Assembly (NCBI GenBank): GCA_013265495.1
Contig: MU058836.1
Coordinates: forward strand, 248,001 to 312,000
Length of the DNA stretch: 64,000 bases
Direction: 5' to 3'
Origin: Vicugna vicugna
Taxonomy: Eukaryota
In this document: in pieces, positions 1 through 12,899 of the stretch
How positions within the stretch are numbered: position 1 is the first letter of the stretch
How the letters are laid out: each line of letters opens with the position of its first letter
The notes under the pieces: model-generated
The model's database searches: none
What the model saw: the letters and a program-made list of their open reading frames with translations, nothing else
What the model was told of the DNA's origin: nothing
Program-made: the position numbers and the translations under genes

Positions 1-44
1 TTGTTCTTTACAGAGCTGTCACAAAGTGCTAACAGAATTGACTC

Positions 45-245
45 ATTTTTTTTTAATTGACGTACGATCAGTTTACAATGTTGTGTTAATTTCTGGTGTA
101 CAGCCTAGTGATTCAGTTATACATACATATTCCTTTACATATTCTTTTTCATTATAGGCTATCACAAGATGTTGAATATAGTTCCCTATGCTATACAGTA
201 GGACCCTGTTGTTTATTTTATATATAGTGGTGTGTATCTGCAAAT
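45..245 (-). mobile_element. L1 3' end fragment (artiodactyl/camelid-type)
   Basis: poly(T) then 'aattgacgtacgatcagtttacaatgttgtgttaatttctggtgtacag...ttgaatatagttccctatgctatacagtagg'; the same motif recurs at 5880, 26125, 28177 and 57595. Confidence 0.85.
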
Positions 246-384
246 GACTCAAGCAATTTTCACCTTCCTTTGATTCTCCCACCCCCTCTTCCTCCCCATC
301 CCCTCCAAAAGATAAAAGACAGCTATGCAATCAGTACAATATAAAACAGGGTATTTGAAAATGAATTTGAAATTAATAAAACTA

Positions 385-570
385 GTTACTATTCATTGAG
401 TGCACATTATACACCAGACACAGTTCCAAGTATTGACATATCAGAGAGAGAGAGCACTATTATCCCCATTTACAGATAAGGAAAGAGATGAACAGAGATG
501 TTAAGTAATTTCTGGGTCGTGCTGTGAACCCAGAGAGTCCAGCTCTGGTGTCTTTATTTGTACTTTTAGC
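385..570 (-). mobile_element. MIR SINE
   Basis: MIR core 'attatccccatttacagataaggaaa...gttaagtaattt'. Confidence 0.75.
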
Positions 571-589
571 ACTACATGCCTCTCACAGC

Positions 590-1174
590 AATGGACAAGC
601 AACTGACAAATGGGAGAAACATAAGCAAGATAGATGGCAAAGGGATATTATTCTTAATATATAAAGAACTTTTGCAAAACAATAAGGGAAAATGTCAAGT
701 GCCCCAACAGAAATACAAATGACAACAGCGAATAGTTCATACATATAGAAACCTCCAAATCGTTAATAAATGTTTTTAAAATTTTAAATCACATTAAAAT
801 CAAAGAGACAAATTCAAACAATCATACATCTTTTTCTCTGTTAGACAGATTAAGATTATAAGAAAAAAATGTTGCTCAGTGTTGACGATAGTGTGAGGTG
901 AACAGCCACCCTCAAACACTGCTGATGTGATGTCTAAGTTGTTGCAACATTTAGGAAAAGAAAATTTTCAGTGTTAATGAAGACTCTTTAAAATAAGTTT
1001 AGGAATTCCACTTTTGGATAGTTTTTCTAAGCAAGTAAAAAGGAGTACAAGCATTCACAGGTAAAGAAGTCAACTTTAGAATTCTTTAAAATGATGGTAG
1101 GTCTGTATTACAGAATACCAAACCATCATCAAAACTCATGTTCTTAAAGAACATTGATGGAAATGGAAAATGCA

Positions 1175-1218
<44 letters not shown>

Positions 1219-1400
1219 GTATCATAAACATTAACATTAACATAACAAAAAGGGAGTTTATGTAACAGTATGTACCAATTTGCAACATTATGAAAAGACT
1301 AACACAGGAAGCCAGAAAGTTAACAAGTGTTGTTCCCAATGAGGAGAGAGTACTCATGTGTCTCACTTTCTTCTGTACACTCTGTTTCAATGAAAATGTA
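590..1400 (+). mobile_element. Old degenerate L1 (L1ME-like) ORF2 3'/UTR fragment
   Basis: A-rich, with 'atatataaagaactt', 'cacattaaaatcaaagagacaaattcaaacaatc' and 'ggaattccactttt' landmarks of L1 3' regions. Confidence 0.6.
1174..1217. repeat. (ATT)n microsatellite
   Basis: about 14 tandem ATT units seen directly. Confidence 0.95.
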
Positions 1401-1631
1401 TTATTTTATAATCCAAAAATTTATGAATTATAAGACTGGAGTAAATATAGGGAAAGAAAGAAGCGTGCAAACATCTATAATGAATAACCTTTTGCAAATT
1501 ACATTTGAGCATTGACTAACTCTGAGAGTGCTGACAGATAAAGCAAAAGGGGAAGTAAATTGCACATGTCACTTTTTAATAGAAAGACTACAAATTCATC
1601 TTTCAAAAGCTTTTTTCCCTGAGGACCTTAC

Positions 1632-1740
1632 TGACTATATTTATATGGGAGATGCTGGATAACACTGGGCAACTGCCTTCGCTTTGCTTCTGTGGGAGAC
1701 GCAGAAACTTTGTTCAGATGCACAGCCTTATAGGGACCAT
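1632..1740 (-). CDS. Candidate internal coding exon (109 nt) of an unidentified minus-strand gene: (N)GPYKAVHLNKVSASPTEAKRRQLPSVIQHLPYKYS
   Basis: Acceptor gtgtttatttttttag|ATGG, donor GTCA|gtaagg; only one frame is open; starts in phase 1, matching the end of exon 2991-3081; non-repetitive sequence. Confidence 0.55.
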
Positions 1741-2221
1741 CTAAAAAAATAAACACTAGGAAATGAGAACAAATAGAGAAAAGACATTTTTTTTTTTTCG
1801 GTGAAGTAGAGTAAGATAGTGAACACATTTTTTCCTCTGGAATACCTAACCTCTTAAATCAGGGATGGGTCTTAGAGAACCCTGGGGAACAGTCTTGGGT
1901 TGAAAGAGCAATGTTTTCTCCCCAAAGTCACTGAGAGTAGCCAGTGTTAACACAGTAATTAACATTGTTGGCATATAAACAACTCCAAGTTTAACAGAAC
2001 AAAAATCATAAGACTTTGGTCCCCGTAGAATTCTCTAGTAAAAAATGTTCCTACATTATATGAAATTAGCCTCAGATTAAAGTGAAGAAAGTGTGATTTA
2101 GAGGGATTTCTGCCAGTCCTCCTCCTTGTAAAAATATTTACTCTCTAAGTCTTACTACAAAGATAGCAAATCAAAGAATGATAACATTTCCAAACTTAAA
2201 AAGCCTTTAGAGTTCCTGTCA

Positions 2222-2390
2222 CCCAGGGGTGATTAACTTCTGGAGAATCATGAACTTCTTTGGAAATCTAATGAAAGCGACAGTCTTTCCCCAGAAACAT
2301 CCACATTTACACCAAATTTTGCATAAAATTGAAGCGGTTTAGGACTGCCCTCACATTCATCCATAATTCCCCGCAATAAGAACACCTGAG
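2222..2390. mobile_element. hAT-Charlie non-autonomous element (MER117-like)
   Basis: 'caggggtgattaac...gaaatctaatgaaagc...ccccagaaacatccac...aaattttgcataaaatt...aagaacacctg'; CAGG...CCTG ends. Confidence 0.55.
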
Positions 2391-2990
2391 CTAGTTCAAC
2401 CCTGTGTTTTTGAGAACATTTTAGAGCAAGAAGCAACATTCTGCCTAACTGAACAATATTTCTTACTTTCACAAAATTGGTTCCTCCAAGCGAGTGAAGT
2501 AACTTGCCCAAGATCACACGGCAAATTAAATGGCGATCCAGGCTATAAATCAGGTCTTCGAACTCCTAGGACAGCCTTCATTCTCTCAGATCCTTTGTTT
2601 GCTTAGATTTAAAAACTTTCCTTAGATTCCCACAGCCCTAGGGAAATCCTACAGAAGAGTGAGGTATCCTCGGGGGATACAAAACTGAGAAAAAACAGTT
2701 GGAGTAAAGCTAGACTCAAAGGCTTCTCTGAAGTCACCAACACTATGGTTTTTCAATGGACGAGAGTTCATGACAGCCTCGTATCTATTTTAGACAATTC
2801 TTCTTTAATAAATCTTGGACTATCTTCTGATGATGATCAAAACACCTGAAAGTCGAACATAGCGTCTTGCTCTGGTTTTAGAAGCAGCAGCAAATCAAAG
2901 TTCTCCAGCAACCCTGGGAAGTAAGTGACGACATGCCCGAAATAGGAGGGTGGAGCATTACACCAGCAGTACCAAAGCCTTACAACTTAC

Positions 2991-3081
2991 TTTCATGATG
3001 AGGAGTAACCATTATTTTCTTTATTCGCCAGGAGGAATTTGTGATTCATGAGCAAAGGAGAATTGTAGGAGGCTTTGTTGT
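2991..3081 (-). CDS. Candidate exon (91 nt) containing a putative start ATG at 3012-3010 (MVTPHHE-)
   Basis: Acceptor ttttctgtctgtgttctcag|, donor GAAA|gtaagt; ATG in strong context ATAATGG (A at -3, G at +4); 22 coding nt end in phase 1. Confidence 0.5.
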
Positions 3082-4299
3082 CTGAGAACACAGACAGAAA
3101 ATTTAGACCTTTCCTTTTATTCAACCAAACAACTGGATTGAATATTCCTATCAGTCAGCTGTGTGGTTTTGACTCTACACTGGTTTTGGCTGGAAAGTCC
3201 CTCTTCAGGATCCCGTTTATTGGAGTCCTACTCATCCTCCTAGGCCCATTCACATCTCACTTCACCCAGGGAGACCTTCCTGATGATCCTGGTCCAAGCT
3301 CATCTCGTCCTAAGAAAGCATCGCTACAGCACCTTCCCGTAGGACAAAACCTGACAGCATCGTGCTTCATAGAACTTACTGCTGCGTCAATCTTGTTTCT
3401 CTAACCAGATTACAAGTTCTTCCAAGGCAGGTATCATGTTTCTCCTGCTGCTTGAACCTGAGCCCAAGTATTCAAAAACTGTTTGCTGATTGACTGACTA
3501 AAATGCGACAGCAGTCTTCCACCCGCCTGAATGCAGCCCAGCGGCCTTCAGCTGGGAGCGAGTGAAGCTTTCTTGCCTGATGAACCTTTGCTGATGCTTC
3601 ACCATCTAGAGCCCAGGGCCAACTTCTCTGCAACAGCCCCAATAACAGAAAAGTGCTGGGAATTCCTGGCCAAACCAAATGGCGTGGTACTTCTGTAGAG
3701 ATGAGTAGCTTGCGGAGCGCTGCAAGGACAGTTCCCCATTCTAAGTAAAAGGACTGCTTTAACCCAAAGCGTATTTTGAATAGTTGTCAGTATTACCCTA
3801 CTATTCTCTTTACTTGAGATCTAAGAAAGTCAGTGGAAATGTCCAGAGCCATAAGCTGAGAAGAACCTTAAAGATCCTTTTAGTCGAATTGTGACCCACA
3901 TATATGACAGAACACCATACCGCCATTCAAAATAATAAGAGAGAAATATATAGACTGATGTGGAATGATGTCTAAAATATAATTTTACATGGAAAACAGA
4001 ACAAATTGTACATGAACATTGATTCCATTTGTGTGAAACCGTATTTATGAATGCACACATCCATGCTCACGTATGTATTATAGATTGTAGACACGCTGCG
4101 GAAGCATTCATAAAAGATACCATCAATTGTGGTTTTTCTCTGGGAGTGGAAGTTGGAGCCTCAGAGGGGAGGAAAACTGGAACTTTAACAGTTCCCCTCA
4201 GGCAGTGCGGTCGTGTTTTGTAGATTTTGCAGGGAGCATTACTTTGATTACTTGTGTCATTTTAGGGCCTTGTTTCTTTATTTTCCAAAAAGTCCCCAG

Positions 4300-4740
4300 T
4301 TCATGCCTTCCACAATGTGACCTTGCCTACCTCTTAACATCTTGACGCATACCCTGGGCTCCCACCACCCAGGTGATGGACATCTCTGCTTTGTGCTACT
4401 TCGGGCAGTGTTCTTGCCTCGCTCAGGAAATGACCACCCCTCTCTTACTTCTCTGGGGAACCCCCACTTGTCCTTCAAGGGCCACTCGAAGTCCCGCCTT
4501 TTCTGTGATGCTCCCAGGAGGATTCCATTGCTTGTACTTCTGTGGCCTCAGAGCACCTTCCACACATCTCTGCTACAACATGTGTAAAACTGTATTTTTC
4601 AAAATTACATTTGTCTCCCATACTAGTGTGAGCTCCTTCAAGGCAGGATCCGACTGTATTTTGTGCATCTTCGGGTCCCTAGGACCTTGCAAAGTACCTG
4701 GCACACAGTGAGGGCTTACAGAAGGGTTTAGTGAAAGCAA
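4300..4740 (+). mobile_element. L2 LINE 3' fragment
   Basis: 'gtgagctccttcaaggcagg...tgtattttgtgcatct...gtacctggcacacagtgagggct' is a typical L2 3' end. Confidence 0.7.
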
Positions 4741-5320
4741 AAACTGCAAGTCTGAATACTGAGATCCCTCTACACAACCCTGGACACTCCAAAGAGCCAA
4801 ACAATTCTAGGTAACTATCTGGTTGCTGATATTCTCAACAAGATGTTTTTGCTTCTTAAGTCAGAAGACAAAAACCCCCATTTGTATTCTGTGTATTAGC
4901 GCCAGATAATGATTCTGTGTCACAATCTGCAGTAGGTCAGCCCATGGCAACCTCTTTGATTGAATTAAAGAAATATAATCAAAAATACAATCTCTGATAG
5001 AACACATCACACGGAGGATTTCAGGCAGACTTTCAGGAGCAGGTTCTTGGATCAGCTTGACATAAATTAGGGCATAGTTTCCATTAAGTCCATCTGTAAC
5101 AAATTTTATTTCCATGTCGATATTCAATAACTGACCTGATTTGAATGACCTCTGTGTTCTCAGTTACGTGTCGCCTCTGAGAGCCTCATGACCACCGACT
5201 TCCACTGTTTACCAGACAGAAAACTGGATTTCAGGAGCCTCACCAGTGAGCCTGTGAACCAACATAAAATAGTCTGAAATAAAAGTCATGATAATACACA
5301 ATACAAAGTACTCTACATAC

Positions 5321-5434
5321 CTGAGCATATTGAATTCTCAGGTCAACAGGCTTCAGCTTAAGTGTTGTCCTTTGTTCTGTAAAGTTCTAGACATCATTCC
5401 TTAGTTTCTGCAGAGGGTGGACATTGCTCTTGGC
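5321..5434 (-). other. Candidate non-coding (5'UTR) or pseudogenised exon, 114 nt
   Basis: Acceptor gttgattcctcag|, donor CTCAG|gtatgt; stops in all three frames. Confidence 0.35.
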
Positions 5435-5879
5435 CTGAGGAATCAACTAATGATATTTTTAACAAATATATGAAATAAAGGCTGTGCACAAAAACAAAAA
5501 ACAAAATGAGACAATGATAACAAAATAACAGCTCCAAGAGGAGAGGGATTATTAACTTTATCTTATGAAGGAGGGCACTGAGGACCAGAGCAGTTAGGTC
5601 ATTTGTCTGAAGTCACACAGCTACTAACTGGCAGAGCCCAGTTTAGAGCCAAATCACCTGACTCCACCCCCAGGCTCTTCCCATTAAGTCATGTGGCCAC
5701 CCCTAAAAGGTGTGCTACATCCAAGTTCAAACCAGAGAACTTCTCAGAGTCATTGAGACACTAAAGATGAAGCATTATTTTTGCTATAGCAGCCACAAGT
5801 TTTTCTCCTTTTTATGCCTGCAGCTGATCCGTATGTTTCTCTACCCGTTAAACATGTAATGAGCACCTACTATTTCAAA

Positions 5880-6155
5880 ATTTTTTTAAATTGAAGTATA
5901 GTCAGTTTACAACGTTTTGTTAATTTCTGTTGCACAGCATAGTGATTCAGTTTTCTATATATATGTATATATATACATTTTTATATATATATACACTTAC
6001 ATGTGTCTGTAAATATATATATTATACACACACACACATTCCTTTTCATATTCTTTTTCATTATAGATTATTACAAGGTATTGAATGTAGTTTCCTGTGC
6101 TATCTAATAGATCCTTGTGGTTTATCTATTTTATATACAGCAATGTGTGTCTATT
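5880..6155 (-). mobile_element. L1 3' end fragment with (TA)/(CA) expansion
   Basis: 'ttgaagtatagtcagtttac...ttgaatgtagtttcctgtgcta'. Confidence 0.85.
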
Positions 6156-6894
6156 AATAAACTTTTCATAGTTGCATTTTTGTGCACTTTTGACTATCCC
6201 TTAGGAAAGATCCCAGAATAGAATTACTAATTCAGAGAGTATATTTCTTTTTAAACTCTTAATCTATATGCCAAAAACACTTCCCCAAAAGTGGTAACAA
6301 ATTATATCCCACTGGAAATATTTGAGAGCAGTTACTCAAAAATCACACTTTCCCCAGCATTATTACACTTTTTAAAGCTTCATTATTTTGTTAGAAAAAG
6401 ATGTAAGGTATTATTTTAATTGTCATTTTTGGAGCACTGGTGAGGTTGAATTTGTTTGGCCAAGTGTATTAATCACCTATACTAACTGGGATTATGCATA
6501 TAAACCTTGTAAGCCCTCAATACAGAGAGGTTATTTTATGACTGTTTTTAGTAATGAGTTTGAACATTATTTCCTGGTTACTGGCTATGTATATTTCTTC
6601 TTAAATTTTTAAATTCATTTTTCCCATTTCTCTATTGAAATTTCAGTGGTTTCTTATTAGTGAGTTTTATATATATACATATATATATATATATATGAGC
6701 TTTTTATGTATTTAGTATGTTAAGTAACCCTTTGGAAGAAACGTTCCTGTTTTGAAGGCTGGTTGTCACTAAAAGAACAATGCTATATACAGGCGTTATG
6801 TTTTGTAAATATGGCTCCATGTTTTGGTTTCACTGGTGAGGAAACAGAAGCTTACACTTAAATATGTGCTTTCTCTTTTTTTTAAAGGTAAAAT

Positions 6895-7977
6895 TTTTTT
6901 AATTAATTAATTTTGTATTGAAACAATGTTGGTTTATAACATTATATAAGCTTCAGCGTACATTGTATTTCTAATTCTGTACACACTACGGTGTGCTCAC
7001 CACCAAAATTTAGTTTCCATCCATCACCATACAGCTAAACCCCTTTACACATTTCACCCTCCCTCCACCCCATCCCCCTCGGGTAACCATTCCTCTGATC
7101 TCTGTATCTACCTGTTTGTTTTTGTTTGGTTTGTCCATTGATCTTGTTGGTTTGTTTTTTATACTCCACATATGAGTGGAATCATACAGTATTTGTCTTC
7201 TCCTTCTGACTTACTTCACTTAGCAGAATACACTCAAGGTCCATTCATGTTGTTACAAATAGCAAGATTTCGCTTTTTTATAGCTGAATAGTATTTCGTT
7301 TTATATATATATATCTTCTTTATCCACTCACCCGTTGATGGGCACTTAAATTATTTCTATGTCTTGGCTATTGTAAATAATGCTACAATGATTTGTCCAA
7401 ATCCATAGAATGTAAAATACCAAGAGTAAACTCTAATGTATTAAACTATGGACATTGGGTGATAAGGACTTGTCGCTGTAGGTTCATGATCTGTAACAAA
7501 CATACCACTCTGGTGGGGGATGCTGGTAATGGGGGAGGCTGTGCATGTGTGGGTAAATGGGAATCTCTGTACCTTCTGCTCCACTTTGCTGTGAATGTAA
7601 AACTTCCCTAAAAAATAAAGTTTATTATTTTTGGAAAATGTTAAAAAAAATAATGCTGTGATGGACATACGGGTGCATATATCTTTATGAATTCATGTTT
7701 TTGTAAAAGAAAATGACAGTTCTCCAGAAACCAAACTTAAAGTCACAGAATATTGCTAAAACTAACTGATAGAGAATTCAAAATAGCTGTCACGAAGAAA
7801 CTCGACGAGCTACCAGAAAACTCAGGAAGGCAGTACAATGAGCTCAGGAGCAAAGCTAATGAACAGAAGGAATACTTTACCAAAGAGACTGAAGCTCTGA
7901 AATGGAACCAGACAGAAATTCTGGGGCTGAGGAACTCAATAAATAAGATGAAGACTGCATTAGAAAGCATTGGAAAT
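6895..7977 (-). mobile_element. 5'-inverted L1 (3'UTR on minus, ORF1 piece on plus at 7706-7977), itself interrupted by a second L1 3' end
   Basis: poly(T) at about 6894, L1MA-type 3'UTR; ORF 7753.. LTDREFKIAVTKKLDEL...EILGLRNSINKMK is L1 ORF1-like; TSD aaggtaaaat at 6885-6894 and 7978-7987. Confidence 0.8.
7392..7645 (+). mobile_element. L1MC1-like 3' end nested in the L1 above
   Basis: 'ttgtccaaatccatagaatgt...aaactatggac...taccactctggtgggggatg...aaaaataaagt'; flanking duplication aataatgct..atg. Confidence 0.75.
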
Positions 7978-7987
7978 AAGGTAAAAT

Positions 7988-8560
7988 ACATATACAGTGA
8001 CATGTTCAAATCTTCAGTGTATCATTTGATGACAAACGCATCCATCTATGTAATGAATCCTTATTAAGATCTAAAATACTGCCATTACTCCAGGAAGTTC
8101 CCTATGCCCTTTCCCAATCAGTTCTATCCTTACCCCAACCAACCCCCTGAAGAATCCTCTGTTCTAGTTTTTTCCATCCATCCTGGATTGATTTTGTTGT
8201 TTCCAGAACTTTATATAAATGGAATAATACAGTATATGCTTTTTAAAAAAAAGTTTGCTTTCTTTCCCATAGCGTAAAGTGTTGGAGATGCACCCATGTT
8301 GTCGCACATATCAATCGTTTGTTCCTTTTTATCGTTGACTAGTTTTATCTGTTCGGCTGTTAATGGATACTTGAGATAGTTCTAGTTTTATGAATAAAGC
8401 TGCTGTGAACATTCTTGTGCAAGTAATTTTGTGAACAACTGCTTTACTTCCTCTTGGATATTATCCTTAGGATGGAACTGCTGAGTCATGGGGTAGGTAT
8501 ACGTGTAGTCTGATAAGTAACCGCCGGATGTTTTCCCAAAGAGGTTGTACCTTCTCTCCC
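7988..8560 (-). mobile_element. Old L1 (L1MD/ME-like) 3' fragment
   Basis: 'ttccagaactttatataaatggaataatacagtatatg...aaagctgctgtgaacattcttgtgcaagt'. Confidence 0.7.
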
Positions 8561-10129
8561 TTTTATAACAACACAGGAAAATGTTCACAACGTATTATTA
8601 AGTTATAAAAAATAGCAATATATATAGCTATCTAGAGTATAACCTTGTCACGTATCATATGTGTTTATAAAGAAAAAAAACGGGAAGCAATCCTTTCAAC
8701 TGTTAAAAGAGCTAACCTCTGGGTTGCAAATAGTCTTCACTTTTTTCTTTGTATTTTTCTGCTTTTTTTCTAATTTGCAGCATCGTCCACGTATTACCTT
8801 AAGACAGTATCAATTTGTGTTTTAAGAAAGGAAAAAGAAATATTAGTAGACCACCTCATCAAAACACTCTCTTCCGTTTATAAAAAGGTCAAGAGATACA
8901 AAGAATTAATCATGAACCCAGTTGCCCAGAGGAGAAAAATAAACTCTTTTTATCTGCGGTGATCTGAAAAAAAAAGTAAGAAGCTGTATAGTAAGATCCA
9001 CCCACAACTCGTGAAAGTGTTCATCTGTGTAGGTGTTTTCTTGAATACTTGAGTCTGTGGCTGGGTAGAAGGATTTCCCCTCCTCTGCCCTTATTTACTC
9101 TCCGTGTTTGCAAAGCACTTTGTAATGTAATCTTTTTTCCATTGTATTCTAGAGCTTCTGCCTACCCCGTAAGCTGCTCTGTCATATTACACTGAGGCAA
9201 GAATGTAATAGGTGCTCAGTGTGTTTGTGGGAAGACTGGGCACCTCACAGAAAGTGTACTACACACAGCCATGTCTAAAGCACAATCATATCATTAATAT
9301 CCATAATGGGGAAATTTAAGATCCACTGTAATGTTTGTGCAAAGCACGAAAAGTCCCCAGTTACGCATTGCATCGGAATGCATTCCCCACTGCAGGCACA
9401 CAGGAGGCTACTTAAGCTTGAGGAACTACCGGGAAGCCATGCTCAAAGTGACTCCTCTTTGTGTTCAAATAGAAACTCAGATTACAAGAAGAAACTTTTC
9501 CCTCAACCAGAAGTATCAAAAAAATTTTTTAAGTGGAATATATAACAGGTATCAAATTTTTTAAAAAGTCCCACTTCTAGAATATTTATTTTGTGTGTCA
9601 CATCTTTACAAGGGAGTTTATACATAATATCTCATTCATTCTTCACCAAAACTCTACAAAATGGATATCCATTTCATAAGCTGGAAGCAGTCACCTGGCA
9701 CAGTCATTTGCCCCAATCCAGATACCCTGTAGGAGGCAGAGTTAGCATCTGAGTTCAAGTCCAGTGAAGCCAAATTTCACAAGACTAATGCAACCCTTCT
9801 GAGTTCTAATCTGTGCAATATGAGAATCAAAGCACCTACAAAGTTCAAGTTGCAACCTACAGAAGCAATATCCTTCGGGGATTACGTGGAATGAAACATC
9901 AACAAATTACTAGATCACAAAGATGTTGGAACTACAGACCTGTGTCAGTGGAAGTGTGAGCCGAGGAGGCAATGAAACCGTTTGTCTGCCGTCACAGGTT
10001 AGACGCTTTTTATGAGGCTGTCCTGGAGCAGGGTGTCCAGGACCACATGCAGAGATTCCCAGCTTTACTTCTGCTTCTGCATGGAATGCCGTAAAACTGA
10101 GAGATGCCTAGACAGAAACAATGTAATAA

Positions 10130-10375
10130 GAACGTAGAATCTGGAGTGAGAATTCCAGCTTTGCTTCTGATTAACAATATACCCTGGCACCAACTGCTTA
10201 ACCTCTCTATGGCTTACTTTCTTCACCTGTAGAAATGGGACTAATTGTAGCTACTGTGTGTAGTTGCTGTGAAGATTAAGGGAGTAAATCCAAGTAGATG
10301 AGTGAATCCAGGTTTAAAACCATACCCAGTACATAGTATGCACTTTCAACCAAGGTAAGCTACTGTTTGCATTAT
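10130..10375 (+). mobile_element. MIR SINE
   Basis: 'cttaacctctctatggcttactttcttcacctgtagaaatgggactaat'. Confidence 0.75.
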
Positions 10376-11309
10376 CATTCTTTCTTTAGTATATGTCATT
10401 TCCATGTTCAGAACAGTGTGATTCATTCAGGCTAACTGAGGAAAAATCTGTTCAAATTAGTGAAAAATAAGCATTACACAATTTTAAAAATCCTTTGTGT
10501 TATTTTCGAAAAGATACAAAGTAACTAAAAAGTTTTAACACAGAAAGTTTCATAAGGGACCTACTTTAGAAAGTGGATGTTAACAGTATGCTTATCAATA
10601 TGTCCTTTGAAAAGTGTCTGCTATTAAATAGTAAAAGTATTTCATCACATTACACTATTTGCTTGACTAACCATCACTTTTCTCTACGAAAAGCAATTTC
10701 ACAGATTAAAAAAGCATTGAAAAGCATCTTCGAGGTAACTGATGCAATCTTGCTCTTACCAGGAAACCCAAACTCCCCAGCACGTGGTGTCACATGGATC
10801 CCGTGAAGAAAGCTTATCCTCTCTTTTCAGTCCAGTCCATTTTTAGAAAGTGATTCCTGAGATTCGGCTGAATTCTTTCTCCTTAAAACGTTCATTCTAT
10901 GGCACTACTCCTTGGAGTGCCACTGAAGGAGTATCATTCCTGTTCTCGCTGAGAACAGTTGGAGGATTTGGAAACAGCTGTTGTATCTGTCCCTGAGATG
11001 TTCTCCCTGAAAGAACACCCTCGGTTCTTTGGACTGTTTTTCATTGGCATGACCTTAGATGCATCACCTGCCTAGGTTGTTTCCTTCTGGACTTCTTCCT
11101 GCTTGACCTTTTCCCTCCCATATTGGGATCATCCGGACTGAACATGATCCCTTAAGTATAATCTGATCAGAGCAGAGTAATAAGTAAGATACTGCCTTGC
11201 TTGTTCTAGGCCCAAGATTAAACTGAAAGTGCTCTTATCATTGACTTTCTTGACATTGTCTACCTCTCTCTCTCCTTTTTTTTTTTTTTGGAGTTGGGGA
11301 GGGAGCTAG

Positions 11310-11818
11310 TCTTGGTTCTTTGGGCTGGGGAGAGGGGAATAGCTAGCTAGCTAGCTAGATACAATGAGAGAGATAGGGAGAGATTGATTTATCATAAGAA
11401 ATTGATTTATCATGAGGAATTAGCTCATTCAATTATGGAGGCTGAGAAAACCAGACCCAAGAGAGCTGATGACATAGTTCTGATGACAAATTCAAAGGCC
11501 TGAGAAACGGGAGAGCTATGGGTTTAAGTTCCAGTCTGAGTCTGAGTCTGAAGACAGAAGACTGATGTCCCAGCTCAAAGACAGCCAAGCAGAGGGAGAA
11601 AATTCTTTCTCACTCAGCTTTCCATTCTCTTTAGGCCTTTAATGGGTGGGATGAGGCCCACCCTCACTGCGGAGGGTGATCAGCTTTACTTGGTCTACTG
11701 ATTCAGATGTTAATCCCAACCAGGAGCTCCTTCACAGACACACCTAGAAGTAAACTTCAACTGAATATGTGATCATCCCATTGCCCAGTCAAGTTGACAC
11801 ATAAAATTAGCCATCACA
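11310..11818 (-). mobile_element. ERVL LTR (MLT2B-like)
   Basis: 'aggaattagctcattcaattatggaggctgagaa...gatgaggcccacc...gcccagtcaagttgacacataaaattagccatcaca'. Confidence 0.85.
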
Positions 11819-12694
11819 GTGTGGGTGTGCCACGTCAGTCATTTCTTTCCCACCTTCTACCTTCAGTGCTTTCCCCAGCACTTGACATCTATCCCTACTA
11901 CATGGCTTTCAATATCTTCCCTGTAGTTTATACTGATCCACATATCACCACATGGGGTACCACCCCCAAACTGCCATGTCTGATAATTGCTCAACGAGTC
12001 TTCTTCAAATATAAAATGTTTGACTGGCAATGACCAAGAAGAGCATCACTGGAATCTAGGCTTCCATCCATGCATTAATCAATTCTTTCTGAGAGCAGTC
12101 ACTTATCAGTTATTACCTAGTTTAACTAGGTTGACATCATCTTCATAAGACCATAAAAGCTTGGAATGAAATTATGCCCATCGTTCCTTCCTCTGTAGTC
12201 TTTAGTGAAGTACAGACACCTCAGAAAAACTAAATTCCAGACATATTCCTTCTATAGCATTTCCCTTGTTAGCCTGTTTTGGAGACAAAGTTAATCCAGT
12301 ATGATCAGGTCTCAGTGGACCCATTCTGGACCTTAAAGGTTACAATCTTATCTCTTTCATGAACTGTCCAAGACTTTTGCATAGAAACAAACTTTTAAAC
12401 CTATAATTAGTAAAATTTGCCCTCTTTTCCATAAATACGTCTGTACTTCCTAATCAAGCCACAAGTAGATTAATTAATATATAATTTGACTTTCCACAAT
12501 TAAATCATGCAGTATGCTAGAACCTTGATCACTGATCAAAGGACATACTGCTTCACATCTTTATGTAAGTTAACTTCTCTGTTCATAGTTTCAGACGTGA
12601 GACTTCTTGGATACTGAATCAATCATTATATATTTGGTATCACTCTCAAATTAAAAAAAAAACATAGGAAGAGAGGTACAAATGCCTTACTTAC

Positions 12695-12899
12695 CTGAAG
12701 GCAAATAACTGAACTAAACAATCCTGATTCCCTTCTTGTGCACGGTCTGTGGATAAGGAGTCTTCATCTTGGGTGGAGTTCAAAACACTTGTCTGGAGTT
12801 GCTTTAAGTTTGCTCCTGCTGCTCCGTGATTTGATCATGACAGACTTAAACTTCACCAATAATTCTATGTGTAAATCTGATTTTTGAGGCTAGAAAGAT
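12695..12899 (-). other. Candidate first/5'UTR exon
   Basis: Perfect donor CAG|gtaagt; possible acceptor atatctttcag|; unique sequence; only short ORFs. Confidence 0.45.

Noticed and set aside
1136..1390. Poly-Ile ORF (and the CV-repeat ORFs at 36838 and 50074)
   Set aside because: Microsatellite translations
4861..5273. 88-aa ORF and an acceptor-like ttttatttcag at about 5274
   Set aside because: The implied intron from the 5321 donor would be only about 47 nt; no convincing donor or open frame from that acceptor
5330..5400. C/D snoRNA-like ATGATGT...CTGA on minus
   Set aside because: Imperfect C box, no terminal stem and no recognisable rRNA guide
10900..10933. Two mutually exclusive short hairpins
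   Set aside because: 7-8 bp stems are expected by chance; near an old LINE-like remnant
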